From contig CAZMHH010000002.1 of the NCBI GenBank assembly GCA_964566035.1, forward strand, positions 64,013 through 128,012: a stretch of DNA of 64,000 bases, given 5' to 3'. This document shows positions 1-9,483 of this stretch, piece after piece. The DNA is from an uncultured Thermodesulfobacteriota bacterium (lineage in GTDB: Bacteria; Desulfobacterota; WTBG01; CAIYCZ01; CAIRTM01). The stretch's first letter is position 1. Each line of letters begins with the position of its first letter. The notes under the pieces were generated by a model. That model was not told the origin of the DNA, did not search any database, and saw nothing but the letters and a program-made list of their open reading frames with translations. A program made the position numbers and the translations under genes.

Positions 1-648
1 CATTTTGCCTGAGGATGGGTTTGAGATGAAACGTACAGGGTCCGAATGTTCCCTTGTAGGCCCTGCTGTTACAATAACATTTTTATTAAGAAAATCTTTG
101 GGTGAAAAAATTGTCTCAATCCCATCAATAATATTGTCAAGGTTTGCAAGCCTGCCTTTTGCCTGTACTCCGCATGCAAGATCACCTGTTTCCGGCTCTA
201 TAAAAAAACAGCCGGTTTTCTTAAGTGTTAGAATATTGTTTTGAAGAACAGGGTTCTCCCACATATTGACATTCATTGCAGGACAGATTAACACAGGCGC
301 CTTTGTTGCCATAACAACTGTTGTAAGAAGGTCATCTGCAATCCCGCAGGCGATTTTGCCTATACAATTTGCTGTGGCAGGAGCAATAACCAGAATATCT
401 GCCCTTTCGGCAAGGGATATATGGCTTATTTCCTGTTCTCTGTGAAGATTAAAGAGTTCAGCGTAAACAGGTCTGTTTGTAAGGGTTTGAATAGTCAACG
501 GGGAGATGAATTCCTGTGCATTTTTTGTCATAACCGCATGTACTTGAGCGCCTGAACATACAAGGCTCCTTACAAGCTCTGCAGCCTTATATGCAGCAAT
601 ACACCCGGTTATCCCTAATACTATCTCTTTGCCTTTTAAAATTGACAT
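1..648 (-). CDS. coaBC: Phosphopantothenoylcysteine decarboxylase / phosphopantothenate-cysteine ligase (CoaBC), N-terminal part; gene continues beyond window start
   Basis: Minus-strand translation from ATG at 646-648 reads [29 protein letters not shown]... with the CoaC flavoprotein motif (GITG.IAAYK). It runs open to position 1, so the 3' end lies outside the window. It is absent from the ORF track because it is truncated. Confidence 0.75.
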   Translation of the reverse strand, partial: MSILKGKEIVLGITGCIAAYKAAELVRSLVCSGAQVHAVMTKNAQEFISPLTIQTLTNRPVYAELFNLHREQEISHISLAERADILVIAPATANCIGKIACGIADDLLTTVVMATKAPVLICPAMNVNMWENPVLQNNILTLKKTGCFFIEPETGDLACGVQAKGRLANLDNIIDGIETIFSPKDFLNKNVIVTAGPTREHSDPVRFISNPSSGKM

Positions 649-652
649 AAAC

Positions 653-1198
653 CTAAAGTTCCTCCACTTTATTATGGTTCAAAATTGAGAGACCGGAGAA
701 AATGTAATGAATACCTGATGCAATGGTTAATAATGCCGTAGTCCAGTATAAAAGATGGAGAATAAAATCAGGTCTTTCAATAATATAAAAAATAAAGACA
801 GCACATATTGTACTGAACTGAAACACTGTATTGCATTTGCTGATTAAACTGGGCTTAATATCAACATTCACCGTATTGATTCTTAAGGTAAGAAAACCAA
901 GGGAGATTATTACATCTCTGCTCACAACAAGGATTGTAAGCCATGCGGGTATAAGGGCAAGAACTGCAAAGACAATATATGCGCTGACAAGAAGCAGTTT
1001 GTCAGCCAGGGGATCAAGAAATGCACCAAGTGTTGTTTTCTGTTTAAGAACCCTTGCAAACAGACCGTCAAGAGCATCCGTTATGGCTGCCAGGGCAAAA
1101 ACGGCAAAGGCGGCTCTCAGTTGGTTGTAGCTCAAGAAAATTATAAAAACAGGTATCATCAGAATACGGGAAACAGAAAGAAGGTTTGGTATGTTCAT
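653..1198 (-). CDS. pgsA: CDP-diacylglycerol--glycerol-3-phosphate 3-phosphatidyltransferase (CDP-alcohol phosphatidyltransferase family)
   Basis: 181 aa. Shows the D-G-x2-A-R...G-x3-D-x3-D signature (DALDGLFAR...[10 protein letters not shown]) and several transmembrane helices. Typical PgsA N-terminus [13 protein letters not shown]. Confidence 0.85.
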   Translation of the reverse strand: MNIPNLLSVSRILMIPVFIIFLSYNQLRAAFAVFALAAITDALDGLFARVLKQKTTLGAFLDPLADKLLLVSAYIVFAVLALIPAWLTILVVSRDVIISLGFLTLRINTVNVDIKPSLISKCNTVFQFSTICAVFIFYIIERPDFILHLLYWTTALLTIASGIHYIFSGLSILNHNKVEEL

Positions 1199-1214
1199 AT
1201 TTAGGTAACTTAAT

Positions 1215-2405
1215 TTATTTATCTAAAAAATCAAACTCAAGCACATCATCTTTTGCTGAAACAAAGACGAAATAAAATCCGTCAATATGTGTCCTCAGAA
1301 GTCCTTCGCTTATCTCAGCCCCCGGCATTTTGCTTTTTGTACTTACTGATAATATGTCTTCAATTCTTTGAAAATTGTCAACTTTTAAATCAGGAAATAT
1401 GCTATTAAGGGTTTCGATAATCAATACTGCTGCTTTTTCTCTGTCTTTTGTCTTTAAATTAATATTTAAGATGTATTGATTAAAGTCTTTTGCATGGGAA
1501 TAGATCCTGTCAAAAACTTTTTCAGAAAAACCGTCACATGCTCTTGCTATTGCATCATTTATTGCAGAGTTTTCGTCAATATGTGTTCCAGGCATAAATG
1601 TTGAAATATGGGCTATTGGGTGTTCTGAGCTTGTATCAAAAACCTTTGCCTTGATATTGCATTGGATGTTCACGAGAGGACCGGAAGGCTGTTTCTCTGT
1701 TTTAACAAGCACTGCCTGGCCGGTGATCAGGTATTTTGCACCGTGATCAAGGGCTATCCTTCGGTACCGGGCGGCATCAGGCTCAATTTCTGAAATATTT
1801 ATCTCCTGTAATTTGTTCATTTCAATGTTAAAAGGATCTATTACTCTAAATCCTCTTTCCTTGAAAACAGAAGAAAGACGTGCTGTAATCTCACCGGGCA
1901 TATCAATTTCAATAATATCACCATGCCACCAGTAGTTGTAATCTTCATCAGCAACTCCTTTTTCGGCTAGCATGAAAAGTACAGAAGCAGGTTTCTGCTT
2001 TGAAGTCATTACCCCGACAGAGGAAAGCTCATCTGTCAATGCTTCTTCGTTGACAGATGCCTGAATGACTAATGTATATATGCCGAAATGTTGATAATCA
2101 TTGAGGATCCTGAAATTATTGAGATAAAAGCTGTAACTGTTGTAATAAATATCTTTCAATGTGTGGCTGTATTTTATAATATCATCTATTGAGATTCTGG
2201 CATAAACGGCACTCATAACAGCTTTTCTCTGTGCATCAAGGAGAGCTTCCTGTCTTGCTTTTGCAAGGTCTCCGTCATCAATTTTTGAAACACCATATGC
2301 GGTAAATTCCTTTGGCAGAATGTCCTGGGATAATAAAACAAAAGGGGTGAATAAAGTAAAAAAGAAAATAAAAATAGCTGCTTGTTTCATTAGTCTTTCT
2401 GTCAT
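1215..2405 (-). CDS. Hypothetical exported protein (N-terminal signal peptide), function unknown
   Basis: 396 aa. Hydrophobic N-terminus (AAIFIFFFTLFTPFVLLS). No recognisable catalytic motif. Lies in an operon-like minus-strand array between miaA and pgsA. Confidence 0.5.
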   Translation of the reverse strand: MTERLMKQAAIFIFFFTLFTPFVLLSQDILPKEFTAYGVSKIDDGDLAKARQEALLDAQRKAVMSAVYARISIDDIIKYSHTLKDIYYNSYSFYLNNFRILNDYQHFGIYTLVIQASVNEEALTDELSSVGVMTSKQKPASVLFMLAEKGVADEDYNYWWHGDIIEIDMPGEITARLSSVFKERGFRVIDPFNIEMNKLQEINISEIEPDAARYRRIALDHGAKYLITGQAVLVKTEKQPSGPLVNIQCNIKAKVFDTSSEHPIAHISTFMPGTHIDENSAINDAIARACDGFSEKVFDRIYSHAKDFNQYILNINLKTKDREKAAVLIIETLNSIFPDLKVDNFQRIEDILSVSTKSKMPGAEISEGLLRTHIDGFYFVFVSAKDDVLEFDFLDK

Positions 2406-2465
2406 ATCAATTATCTTAATGAAATTAGATTATAGTTAAAAGCCTAAGATATACTAACCTAAATG

Positions 2466-3398
2466 TTAACTATTATTCAAGAAGTTTTTAACTTGGGTTT
2501 CAAGCAAATTAAAGCTTTCATCTGCTCTGAACCAGATAATTTCAGGGTCATTCCGAAACCATGTAATCTGGCGTTTTGCATATCGTCTGGTCTGCTGTTT
2601 TGCGCAATAGATAGCCCTGTCCAGAGAGAGACTGCCTTTTATATATTGAATAAGCTGAAGATAGCCTATGCTCTGCATGGGTTTGAGTTCCGGGGAATAT
2701 CCCATGTTAAGAAGTTTTTTCACCTCTTCAATAAATCCCTGTGCTATCATTTCGTCTACCCGCAGGTCAATTTTTCGGTATAGAACATCCCTGTCAAGAT
2801 AGAGGCCAATTTTTAAACAGTCATAAGGCGTATCGGAAAAATCGTGTTCAGAGTGTAGGCTGGAAATGGTTCTGCCTGTAAGGTGGAATACCTCAAGGGC
2901 GCGTATTATTCTGTGCCGGTCGCTATGGTTTATCCTTTGAGCCTGTATAGGGTCGATTTTTTTGAGTTTTTCAAAAAGATGTTCAAGACTTTCTTCTGCC
3001 ATGCTTTTTCTGAAATCTTTATCAGAGCCCGGAGAATAGAAAAGCCCTTTTGTGAGGGATTTTATATAGAGACCTGTTCCCCCTGCAACAATCGGAATTT
3101 TGTTTCTTTCTGAAATATCTTCAATGGTTTTTCTGCCGAGCTTCATATAGTCTGCTGCGCTGAAAGGCTCGTCAGGGTTGATTATCGAGAGAAGGTGATG
3201 GGGAACTTTTTCGGTTTGGGAAGCAGTGGGCTTTGAAGTGCCTATATCCATATATCTGTAAACCTGCATGGAATCGGCATTTATTATTTCAGAAGGAAAT
3301 TTTTCAGCTAAACGCAAAGCTGAAGCGGTTTTACCTGATGCAGTAGGACCGACCAGAATCACCACCTTTTGTGCTGTTAATTTGTTGATATTGGGCAT
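2466..3398 (-). CDS. miaA: tRNA dimethylallyltransferase
   Basis: 310 aa. P-loop GPTASGKT near the N-terminus, and the overall MiaA pattern (INADSMQVYR, DIGT.KP). Confidence 0.9.
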   Translation of the reverse strand: MPNINKLTAQKVVILVGPTASGKTASALRLAEKFPSEIINADSMQVYRYMDIGTSKPTASQTEKVPHHLLSIINPDEPFSAADYMKLGRKTIEDISERNKIPIVAGGTGLYIKSLTKGLFYSPGSDKDFRKSMAEESLEHLFEKLKKIDPIQAQRINHSDRHRIIRALEVFHLTGRTISSLHSEHDFSDTPYDCLKIGLYLDRDVLYRKIDLRVDEMIAQGFIEEVKKLLNMGYSPELKPMQSIGYLQLIQYIKGSLSLDRAIYCAKQQTRRYAKRQITWFRNDPEIIWFRADESFNLLETQVKNFLNNS

Positions 3399-3460
3399 GC
3401 ATATTCCTTACCGCAAACCTGTAATTATAGTTTTTTCTAAACCCTGTAACCGGAGTGTTC

Positions 3461-4297
3461 TCAAAGGGCTTTTTTAAGTTTTTCGAGTACCTCATAAGGA
3501 ACATTCAGGCTTCCTTTCCCTGAGCCAAGTTCAATGCCGTTTAAGTTCTCTCCATGGAAATCGCTGCCACCGGTAACAAGGAGTTTATATTTTTCAGCAA
3601 TCCCCTTGCAGATTTTTGACATACCCCTGTCGTGGTCAGAGTAGTATGCCTCAATTCCTCTTAACCCGAGCTCAGTGAGTTCTCTGACCACACTCTCAAG
3701 TTCAAGGATGGTTTCACAGTTGAGTGTTATAGGGTGACTCAAAACAGGTATTCCGCCGGCCTTAAGGATAAGCTTTATAGCTTCTTCAGGATTAAAACGA
3801 TATTTTTCAACATAAGCTTTTGCACCTTTTGTAAGATATTTTTCAAAAGCCTCTCTCGGGGTTTTAACATATCCTTTGTTGAGAAGAACCTGGGCAAAAT
3901 GAGGCCTGCCAACCTGACCGGTTCCAGATACAGCAACAACCTCTTCAATCTCAATATCTATTCCAAGTTGCTGGAGTTTTTTTATTATACACGGGTTTCT
4001 CTGTGCTCTTGAATCCTGGAGCAATCCTATTTTTTTCATAAATATTGAATCATTATAATCCATGTAGTATCCAAGTATATGCATGGTCCCTGTCTTCCAT
4101 TCTGCGCTTATCTCAATACCCGGAACAACTTCCATGTCGGTTTGTCTGCCTGCCCCTATTGCTTCATCCAGTCCTTCCACTGTGTCATGGTCTGTTACTG
4201 CAAGAGCCCGGAGCTTTTTTTTGACGGCATATCTTACAAGTTCTGTCGGTGAAAGTTTTCCGTCAGATGCTGTTGTGTGGGTGTGTAGGTCTATCAT
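3461..4297 (-). CDS. PHP-domain metal-dependent phosphoesterase (TrpH/YciV-like)
   Basis: 278 aa. Begins MIDLHTHTTASDG, the PHP His-x-His-x-T motif, with further conserved His/Asp residues. Confidence 0.8.
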   Translation of the reverse strand: MIDLHTHTTASDGKLSPTELVRYAVKKKLRALAVTDHDTVEGLDEAIGAGRQTDMEVVPGIEISAEWKTGTMHILGYYMDYNDSIFMKKIGLLQDSRAQRNPCIIKKLQQLGIDIEIEEVVAVSGTGQVGRPHFAQVLLNKGYVKTPREAFEKYLTKGAKAYVEKYRFNPEEAIKLILKAGGIPVLSHPITLNCETILELESVVRELTELGLRGIEAYYSDHDRGMSKICKGIAEKYKLLVTGGSDFHGENLNGIELGSGKGSLNVPYEVLEKLKKAL

Positions 4298-4300
4298 TTT

Positions 4301-5227
4301 TTACTCAAACTTATTTAAGGATTTTTTTGCAAAATTTATGTCTTTTTTAATCTGTTCAACGAGGCTGTCAACATTGCCGAATTTTTTTTCGCCCCGTATT
4401 CTCTTGACAAATAATATTGTTATTTCCTTTCCATATATATCTTCATTGAAATCAAAGATATGTGTTTCAACACAGAGTTTTTTCATTTTGAAGGTAGGGT
4501 TAAATCCTATGTTTACAACCCCTTTTTGCATTCCGGAGGGCGTTTTGATTCTTACCGCATAAACACCCTCGGCCGGGATCAGATCCTTGATATGGCTTAA
4601 GTTTGCCGTTGGAAATCCAATAGCTCTTTTTTCGCCGTGAATAACCGTTCCTGAAATACAGTAATCTCTTCCAAGAAGTTTTCCTGCCAGGGAAACCCTG
4701 CCCTGCTTTATGAGGTTTCTTATAGTAGTGCTTCGCACAGGGATGTTCTTAATAGAAATGTCCTGGGTAACATGAACCCGGAACCCGTATTTTGAACCGA
4801 GTTTCTGCAACAGCTCGACATTGCCTTCCCTTGCTTTTCCGAATGCATAGTCATTTCCTATAACAACATCTACTGGTTCAATGTTGCTGTGAATAATTTT
4901 TGCTACAAAATCCTCTGCCGTCATTTCAGCAAATATTTTTGTAAACTTTTCACAGACAAGATACTTTATTCCAAGCTCTCCAATTATAGAGGCTTTTTCG
5001 TCTAAGGTTGTAATTTTGGGAGGATCCTTGTCAGGACGAAGAATGTTTAAAGGATGAGGATCAAAAGTGTAGACAATCGAAGCACCGCCTGATTCTTCCG
5101 CTATCTGCATTACCTTTCTTAAAATAATCTGATGTCCTTTATGAACACCATCAAAATTGCCAAATGTTACAACCGGGTTATTTAAATTAATCCTGCGAAG
5201 ATTTTGGCTTCCTTTTATTATCTGCAT
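4301..5227 (-). CDS. ribF: Bifunctional riboflavin kinase / FMN adenylyltransferase
   Basis: 308 aa. N-terminal FAD-synthetase nucleotidyltransferase motifs (GNFDGVHKGH). C-terminal riboflavin-kinase motifs (GFPTANL, ETHIFDF). Confidence 0.9.
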   Translation of the reverse strand: MQIIKGSQNLRRINLNNPVVTFGNFDGVHKGHQIILRKVMQIAEESGGASIVYTFDPHPLNILRPDKDPPKITTLDEKASIIGELGIKYLVCEKFTKIFAEMTAEDFVAKIIHSNIEPVDVVIGNDYAFGKAREGNVELLQKLGSKYGFRVHVTQDISIKNIPVRSTTIRNLIKQGRVSLAGKLLGRDYCISGTVIHGEKRAIGFPTANLSHIKDLIPAEGVYAVRIKTPSGMQKGVVNIGFNPTFKMKKLCVETHIFDFNEDIYGKEITILFVKRIRGEKKFGNVDSLVEQIKKDINFAKKSLNKFE

Positions 5228-5423
5228 TATTTTTTCCAGACAGCAACAATTAACAAATCAACTACAAACACAATTGAAGTAGCTGTTCCAAAAGTTTTTT
5301 ATCATGCTCAAAAGCAGAGAGGTGTAAATGAAAAACCTTTTTTAAAAGTTAATAAAGCTTGACAAATACAAAGGTTTATTGTAAATGGAAAAGGATTTAA
5401 TTGCAACAAATCAAATTTAAAAT

Positions 5424-5507
5424 GCCGAAGTGGTGGAACTGGTAGACACGCAAGATTCAGGTTCTTGTGGTGGCAACACCGTAGGAGTTCGAGTCTCCTC
5501 TTCGGCA
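5424..5507 (+). tRNA. tRNA-Leu (anticodon CAG)
   Basis: Manual fold. 7-bp acceptor stem GCCGAAG/CTTCGGC. D-arm GTGG..CAC. Anticodon stem CAAGA/TCTTG with loop TTCAGGT (anticodon CAG). Long variable arm GGTGgcaaCACC, characteristic of Leu. T-arm AGGAG-TTCGAGT-CTCCT. Discriminator A. CCA is not encoded. Confidence 0.85.
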
Positions 5508-5586
5508 TATTTTTTCTTCTTTGTTTTGTCAGCCTGAAAAACTCAAAACCCCTAGCGGCTAAATTTTAAACTTTTATGGATATGTT

Positions 5587-5826
5587 ATGAAAATTAAAGT
5601 AAAGCTTTTTGCAACCCTTCGCCACCATCTCCCTCCAAATGCTGAAAACAGCGCCTGTGAGGTTGAACTCCCTGACGGGTCATGTGTAAACGCTGTGATG
5701 GAGTTGTTTAAACTGCCTCCTGAAATTCCCAAAATAATACTCATCCATGGCATACAGAAGGATGCAGAAACCGAACTAAAAGACGGAGATATTTTGAGTA
5801 TTTTCCCACCTATTGCCGGTGGATAA
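5587..5826 (+). CDS. MoaD/ThiS-family ubiquitin-like sulfur-carrier protein (C-terminal Gly-Gly)
   Basis: 79 aa. Ends ...FPPIAGG, the di-glycine tail typical of the MoaD/ThiS beta-grasp family. Its stop lies 3 nt before the next ORF. Confidence 0.7.
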   Translation: MKIKVKLFATLRHHLPPNAENSACEVELPDGSCVNAVMELFKLPPEIPKIILIHGIQKDAETELKDGDILSIFPPIAGG

Positions 5827-5829
5827 AAG

Positions 5830-6228
5830 ATGCAATCCTCCAAAGATGAAATAAGTGTTTCCTCCGGAGAAAACAGTTTTTTGCTCACTGCAAGGGCTCA
5901 GCTTATAGGCAGGGATATACTTGTTTCAATTTCTGGGGGCACAAGTCCTCATATAGGTTCTGTAGTTGTATCCACTCCACGCAAAAGCCTTAAAAATCGA
6001 GAAAAAACAAGTAGTACCTCATCTGTTGTAAATATTGAGGGACATAAAGATGAGGCAATAGCCCGTATGTTTTCTGAAAAAATTGCTTCTGTTTTTTTCC
6101 GTACAACAGTTGCTGCAGCCGGTTTTCATATAGACAATTTGAATGCTGAGGATATTGAAAATGTTATGTCAAATGCAGAAAAACTCTGTTCAAAAATAAT
6201 TAAAATTCTGAAGAGGAAAAGTTATTGA
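5830..6228 (+). CDS. Conserved hypothetical protein, translationally coupled between the MoaD-like gene and ubiX (possibly a UbiX-associated/prFMN-related accessory protein)
   Basis: 132 aa. No diagnostic motif recognised; contains SISGGTSPHIGSVVV. Its stop overlaps the ubiX TTG start by 4 nt. An LpdD-like chaperone role is inference only. Confidence 0.45.
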   Translation: MQSSKDEISVSSGENSFLLTARAQLIGRDILVSISGGTSPHIGSVVVSTPRKSLKNREKTSSTSSVVNIEGHKDEAIARMFSEKIASVFFRTTVAAAGFHIDNLNAEDIENVMSNAEKLCSKIIKILKRKSY

Positions 6229-6797
6229 AAAAAAATGAAATAATAGTTGCTATAACCGGCGCAAGTGGAGCGGTATACGGACTCAGACTGCTGGAATTTT
6301 TTAAAAATTCAGGATATGCCGCAACACATCTTATTATGAGCAGAACTGCCAAGTTTATTATGGAGACAGAAATTGACAGCTTTGCCGTTGAAAGGTCTAT
6401 CTCACTTGCTGACAGGGTTTATGACAATGAAGACCTTACAGCCTGTATTGCAAGCGGTTCTTATAAAACAGCTGGTATGATTATAGCTCCGTGCAGTGCA
6501 AAGACTCTCTCCTCAATTGCTCATGGATTTTCAGACTGCCTTATTTCAAGAGCTGCCGATGTTGTATTAAAGGAGAGAAGACGGCTTGTTATGCTTTTCA
6601 GGGAAACACCTTTAAACCTTATACATATTGAAAACATGGCTTCTGTTACAAGGATGGGCGGTATTGTGCTTCCACCAGTTCCTGCCTTCTATCAGAACCC
6701 CGAATCAATTGATGAAATAGTGAATCATTCAGTCGGAAAAGCAGTGGAACTTTTTTTTGAGAAAGATCATGGCCTTTTCAAAAAATGGAGAGAATAG
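6225..6797 (+). CDS. ubiX: Flavin prenyltransferase UbiX (prenyl-FMN synthase)
   Basis: 190 aa. N-terminus IIVAITGASGAVYGLRLLE and the overall flavoprotein fold of the UbiX/Pad1 family. TTG start at 6225. Confidence 0.85.
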   Translation: MKKNEIIVAITGASGAVYGLRLLEFFKNSGYAATHLIMSRTAKFIMETEIDSFAVERSISLADRVYDNEDLTACIASGSYKTAGMIIAPCSAKTLSSIAHGFSDCLISRAADVVLKERRRLVMLFRETPLNLIHIENMASVTRMGGIVLPPVPAFYQNPESIDEIVNHSVGKAVELFFEKDHGLFKKWRE

Positions 6798-6963
6798 CTG
6801 AAAGCCGTTGAGTAAAGACAATAAGCAATGAGCAGTGGATAATGCATTGTAACCTGCAGTATATTTTAACTGTTTTTCAAAAATCCTTGATTATTATTGA
6901 AAAATTTTGTATTTATTATAAGAATACCTTTAAGAAAAGATTTTTCCGGAGGCTTCAAACCCT

Positions 6964-7278
6964 ATGATAGAGCAAATAAAAAAAATAAAAGAAGCGGAGA
7001 ATAAAACCCTTGCACAAATTGAAGCTGCAAAAAAAGAGGCTGCCGCAATTATTTCCAAGGCTGAACAGGAAGGAAGAGACATTGTCAAAAAAGCGCTTGA
7101 GGATGCCGACAGAAAAGCTGCTGAAATAATTAAAACCTCAGCCTCTGAGGCGGATTCTCAGGCAGAAAAGATAATTTCCGATGGAATTGAAAAGGCAAAG
7201 CAGATCAGAGATAAGGTTGAAGGAAGAATTGAGCATGCATCTGCGATAATAATTAAACATGTTGCTGGAGATGCATAA
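6964..7278 (+). CDS. atpH: A/V-type ATP synthase subunit H (peripheral stalk, V-type 'G'-like)
   Basis: 104 aa. Highly charged Ala/Lys/Glu-rich coiled-coil protein. First gene of an operon with the archaeal order H-I-K-E-C-F-A-B-D. Confidence 0.7.
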   Translation: MIEQIKKIKEAENKTLAQIEAAKKEAAAIISKAEQEGRDIVKKALEDADRKAAEIIKTSASEADSQAEKIISDGIEKAKQIRDKVEGRIEHASAIIIKHVAGDA

Positions 7279-9234
7279 ATGTTCTACCCTGAACCGGTTC
7301 AGCGAGTTATTGTTTTATCACACAATTCAGTAAAACAGAAGGTTGTGAAAAAGCTTCACGAAATAGGGGCTGTTCAGATAAATGATTTTAGAAACAGGCT
7401 TTCAGATAAAAACTGGAGCGAACTATTATCCTCACATCCTGTTCCCCATGATATACGCACGATTACAACGCAATTGATGGCTGTAAACAGGCTTCTTGAC
7501 ATATTCAATATGGTTTCCCCAGAAGAAGAGGAAGGCTTCTTTAAAAAACTCTTTGCCCCCGATCCGCCTGAAAAAATAAAGGTGCAGGATATGCATGGAG
7601 AAAGTCTTCTGGAAAAAGTTTTAAAAACAGTTTCTCAAATAGATGAACAGATTGCAGAACCTCTTGAAAAAATGGAGAAAGCAGCTGCTGAAACAGCAGA
7701 GCTCAAGTCTCATACGCTTTTTTTTGAAAAAATCAGTTCAATTAACCTTCCTCTGGAACTTACAGGCGAAGGCTCTTTTGTAAGCACAGTTATTGGAATT
7801 ACACACTCAAAAGATTTTATTCCGTTGCAGAAAGAACTTGAAGAAGCAACAAACGGAATGTTTTTTTTCAGTCATCAAAGTGTTTCCGAAGAAGAGTCTT
7901 TCATAGCTATTGTCTGCTTGTCAAAGCATTTAGAGGATATAGGGGGGATTATCAGAAAATGGGATATTGAAAAAATGCCATCATCGGAATATTCCGGGAC
8001 TCCGGCAGATGTTGTGGCTGAAATTAGAAGGAAAGTTAATATAATAGGTGCTGTTCAGAGTGAATGCAGGGAAAAAATAAGGGCACAGGCTCTTAACTGG
8101 AGAAAACAGCTTAAAACCTTCAGGGAACTTCTTGCAATTGACAGGGAGCGTGCAGAGGTTTTTACAAACTTTACCCAAACAGAATCAGTAACAGCAATTC
8201 AGGGCTGGGTAGTAAAAGAAAATGCAGACAGTGTTATAAAAGAAATAGAAAAAACAGGAGAGGGGCTTGCCTTTGCGATTGCTGAAGAACCAGATGAACC
8301 ACCGGACAAACTTCCTGTTTCCCTTAAAAACCCCGGAATAATTAAACATTTTGAACTCCTGGTAAAGCTTTATGCACCGCCAAAGTATGACGAGGTTGAC
8401 CCTACGGTTTTAATATTTCCATCTTTTCTTTTTTTCTTCGGAATAATGATAACAGATGCCATGTATGGTCTTGCCGCACTTATCCTCGGTATTCTGATTC
8501 TTAGGGGTGGAGGTAAATACTACCCCCTTTTTAAAAGCGCAGGTGTGCTTTTAAGCCTTGGAGGGCTTTCAACGGTAATACTTGGTTCAATGACAGGAGG
8601 GTGGTTCGGCAACCTTATGGTTGAATATTTGGGGTTTACTTTTCTTGATAAACTTGTTGTCATCAATCCCATGGTTGATGTTGCCCCGTTTCTTCTTTTT
8701 GCGCTTGGTGTAGGACTTCTTCATTTAAATATTGGTATAGTAATAGGAATTATTAAAGATGTAAGGAGAAAGAATATACCGGAGTCTCTGAAAAATGTCT
8801 GGATATTCTTTCTGGAAATTTCCCTTGCCTTTTACTATTTTGAGCAGATAACACCTGCTGCTGTATTTGCTGTTCCTGCTCTGATACTTCTTTTGTACAG
8901 CGCAAAAGGGATGGCTCTTTTTGGTGTTACCGGTCTTCTAGGCGATACTCTCTCTTATGCTAGGCTTATGGCTCTTGGTCTTGTAAGCTTCGGGCTTGCT
9001 GTTGCCATAAATGCCCTTGCAGATATGACATTTGGAATAAGCTACATTGGATGGCTGATTGCAATAATTATTTTAATCGGCGGACATTCATTCAGTCTGC
9101 TTTTGAATCTAATGGGGGCTTTTGCACATGGCATCAGACTTCATTTTGTAGAATTCTTTGGAAAATTTTACAGTGGAGGCGGGGATGAGTTTAAACCATT
9201 CAAAATAAAGAGGAATATAACAGAGGTATATTAA
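7279..9234 (+). CDS. atpI: A/V-type ATP synthase subunit I (membrane a-subunit)
   Basis: 651 aa. Hydrophilic N-terminal half, then about 7 transmembrane helices in the C-terminal half containing the conserved arginine region. Position in the operon. Confidence 0.85.
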   Translation: MFYPEPVQRVIVLSHNSVKQKVVKKLHEIGAVQINDFRNRLSDKNWSELLSSHPVPHDIRTITTQLMAVNRLLDIFNMVSPEEEEGFFKKLFAPDPPEKIKVQDMHGESLLEKVLKTVSQIDEQIAEPLEKMEKAAAETAELKSHTLFFEKISSINLPLELTGEGSFVSTVIGITHSKDFIPLQKELEEATNGMFFFSHQSVSEEESFIAIVCLSKHLEDIGGIIRKWDIEKMPSSEYSGTPADVVAEIRRKVNIIGAVQSECREKIRAQALNWRKQLKTFRELLAIDRERAEVFTNFTQTESVTAIQGWVVKENADSVIKEIEKTGEGLAFAIAEEPDEPPDKLPVSLKNPGIIKHFELLVKLYAPPKYDEVDPTVLIFPSFLFFFGIMITDAMYGLAALILGILILRGGGKYYPLFKSAGVLLSLGGLSTVILGSMTGGWFGNLMVEYLGFTFLDKLVVINPMVDVAPFLLFALGVGLLHLNIGIVIGIIKDVRRKNIPESLKNVWIFFLEISLAFYYFEQITPAAVFAVPALILLLYSAKGMALFGVTGLLGDTLSYARLMALGLVSFGLAVAINALADMTFGISYIGWLIAIIILIGGHSFSLLLNLMGAFAHGIRLHFVEFFGKFYSGGGDEFKPFKIKRNITEVY

Positions 9235-9483
9235 TAAAGATGGACCGGTAAAAAGTATAGAAACAACCATATTGTTATTTCGACCGCAGGAATAAATCTC
9301 CTTATTTCAATATGTTACGAGATCTCTCACTTCGTTCGAGATGACAGCGGGGGACTTTTTACGGAACCATCAATAAAGGCTATAGATCTATTGGCTTAAG
9401 CTGTCAGGAAAACCGTATTGTTGTAGAAATCGAAAAAGTTATAAAGATATTAAAAAATAATCTATAAAAAAGGAGGTACAAAA

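Noticed and set aside
5-244. 79-aa plus-strand ORF at window start
   Set aside because: Lies entirely antisense to the coaBC coding frame, which has clear CoaC motifs. No RBS. Treated as spurious.
831-1130. Antisense ORFs inside well-supported genes (e.g. 831..1130 +, 12810..13088 -, 14696..15019 -, 15743..16216 -, 20339..20692 -, 59606..60034 -, 61623..61967 + and many similar)
   Set aside because: Each is embedded in and opposite to a gene with strong motif support. These are compositional artefacts of AT-rich or GC-skewed codon usage.
5359-5387. TTGACA ... TAAATG promoter-like hexamers upstream of tRNA-Leu
   Set aside because: The -10 candidate is weak and sits about 37 nt from the tRNA 5' end. 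Not convincing in AT-rich sequence.
9235-9483. Possible small ORF (MLRDLSLRSR) or structured RNA in the atpI-atpK spacer
   Set aside because: The ORF is 10 codons without an RBS. The local repeats (CGAGAT x2) are direct, not a stable hairpin. No support for an RNA gene.
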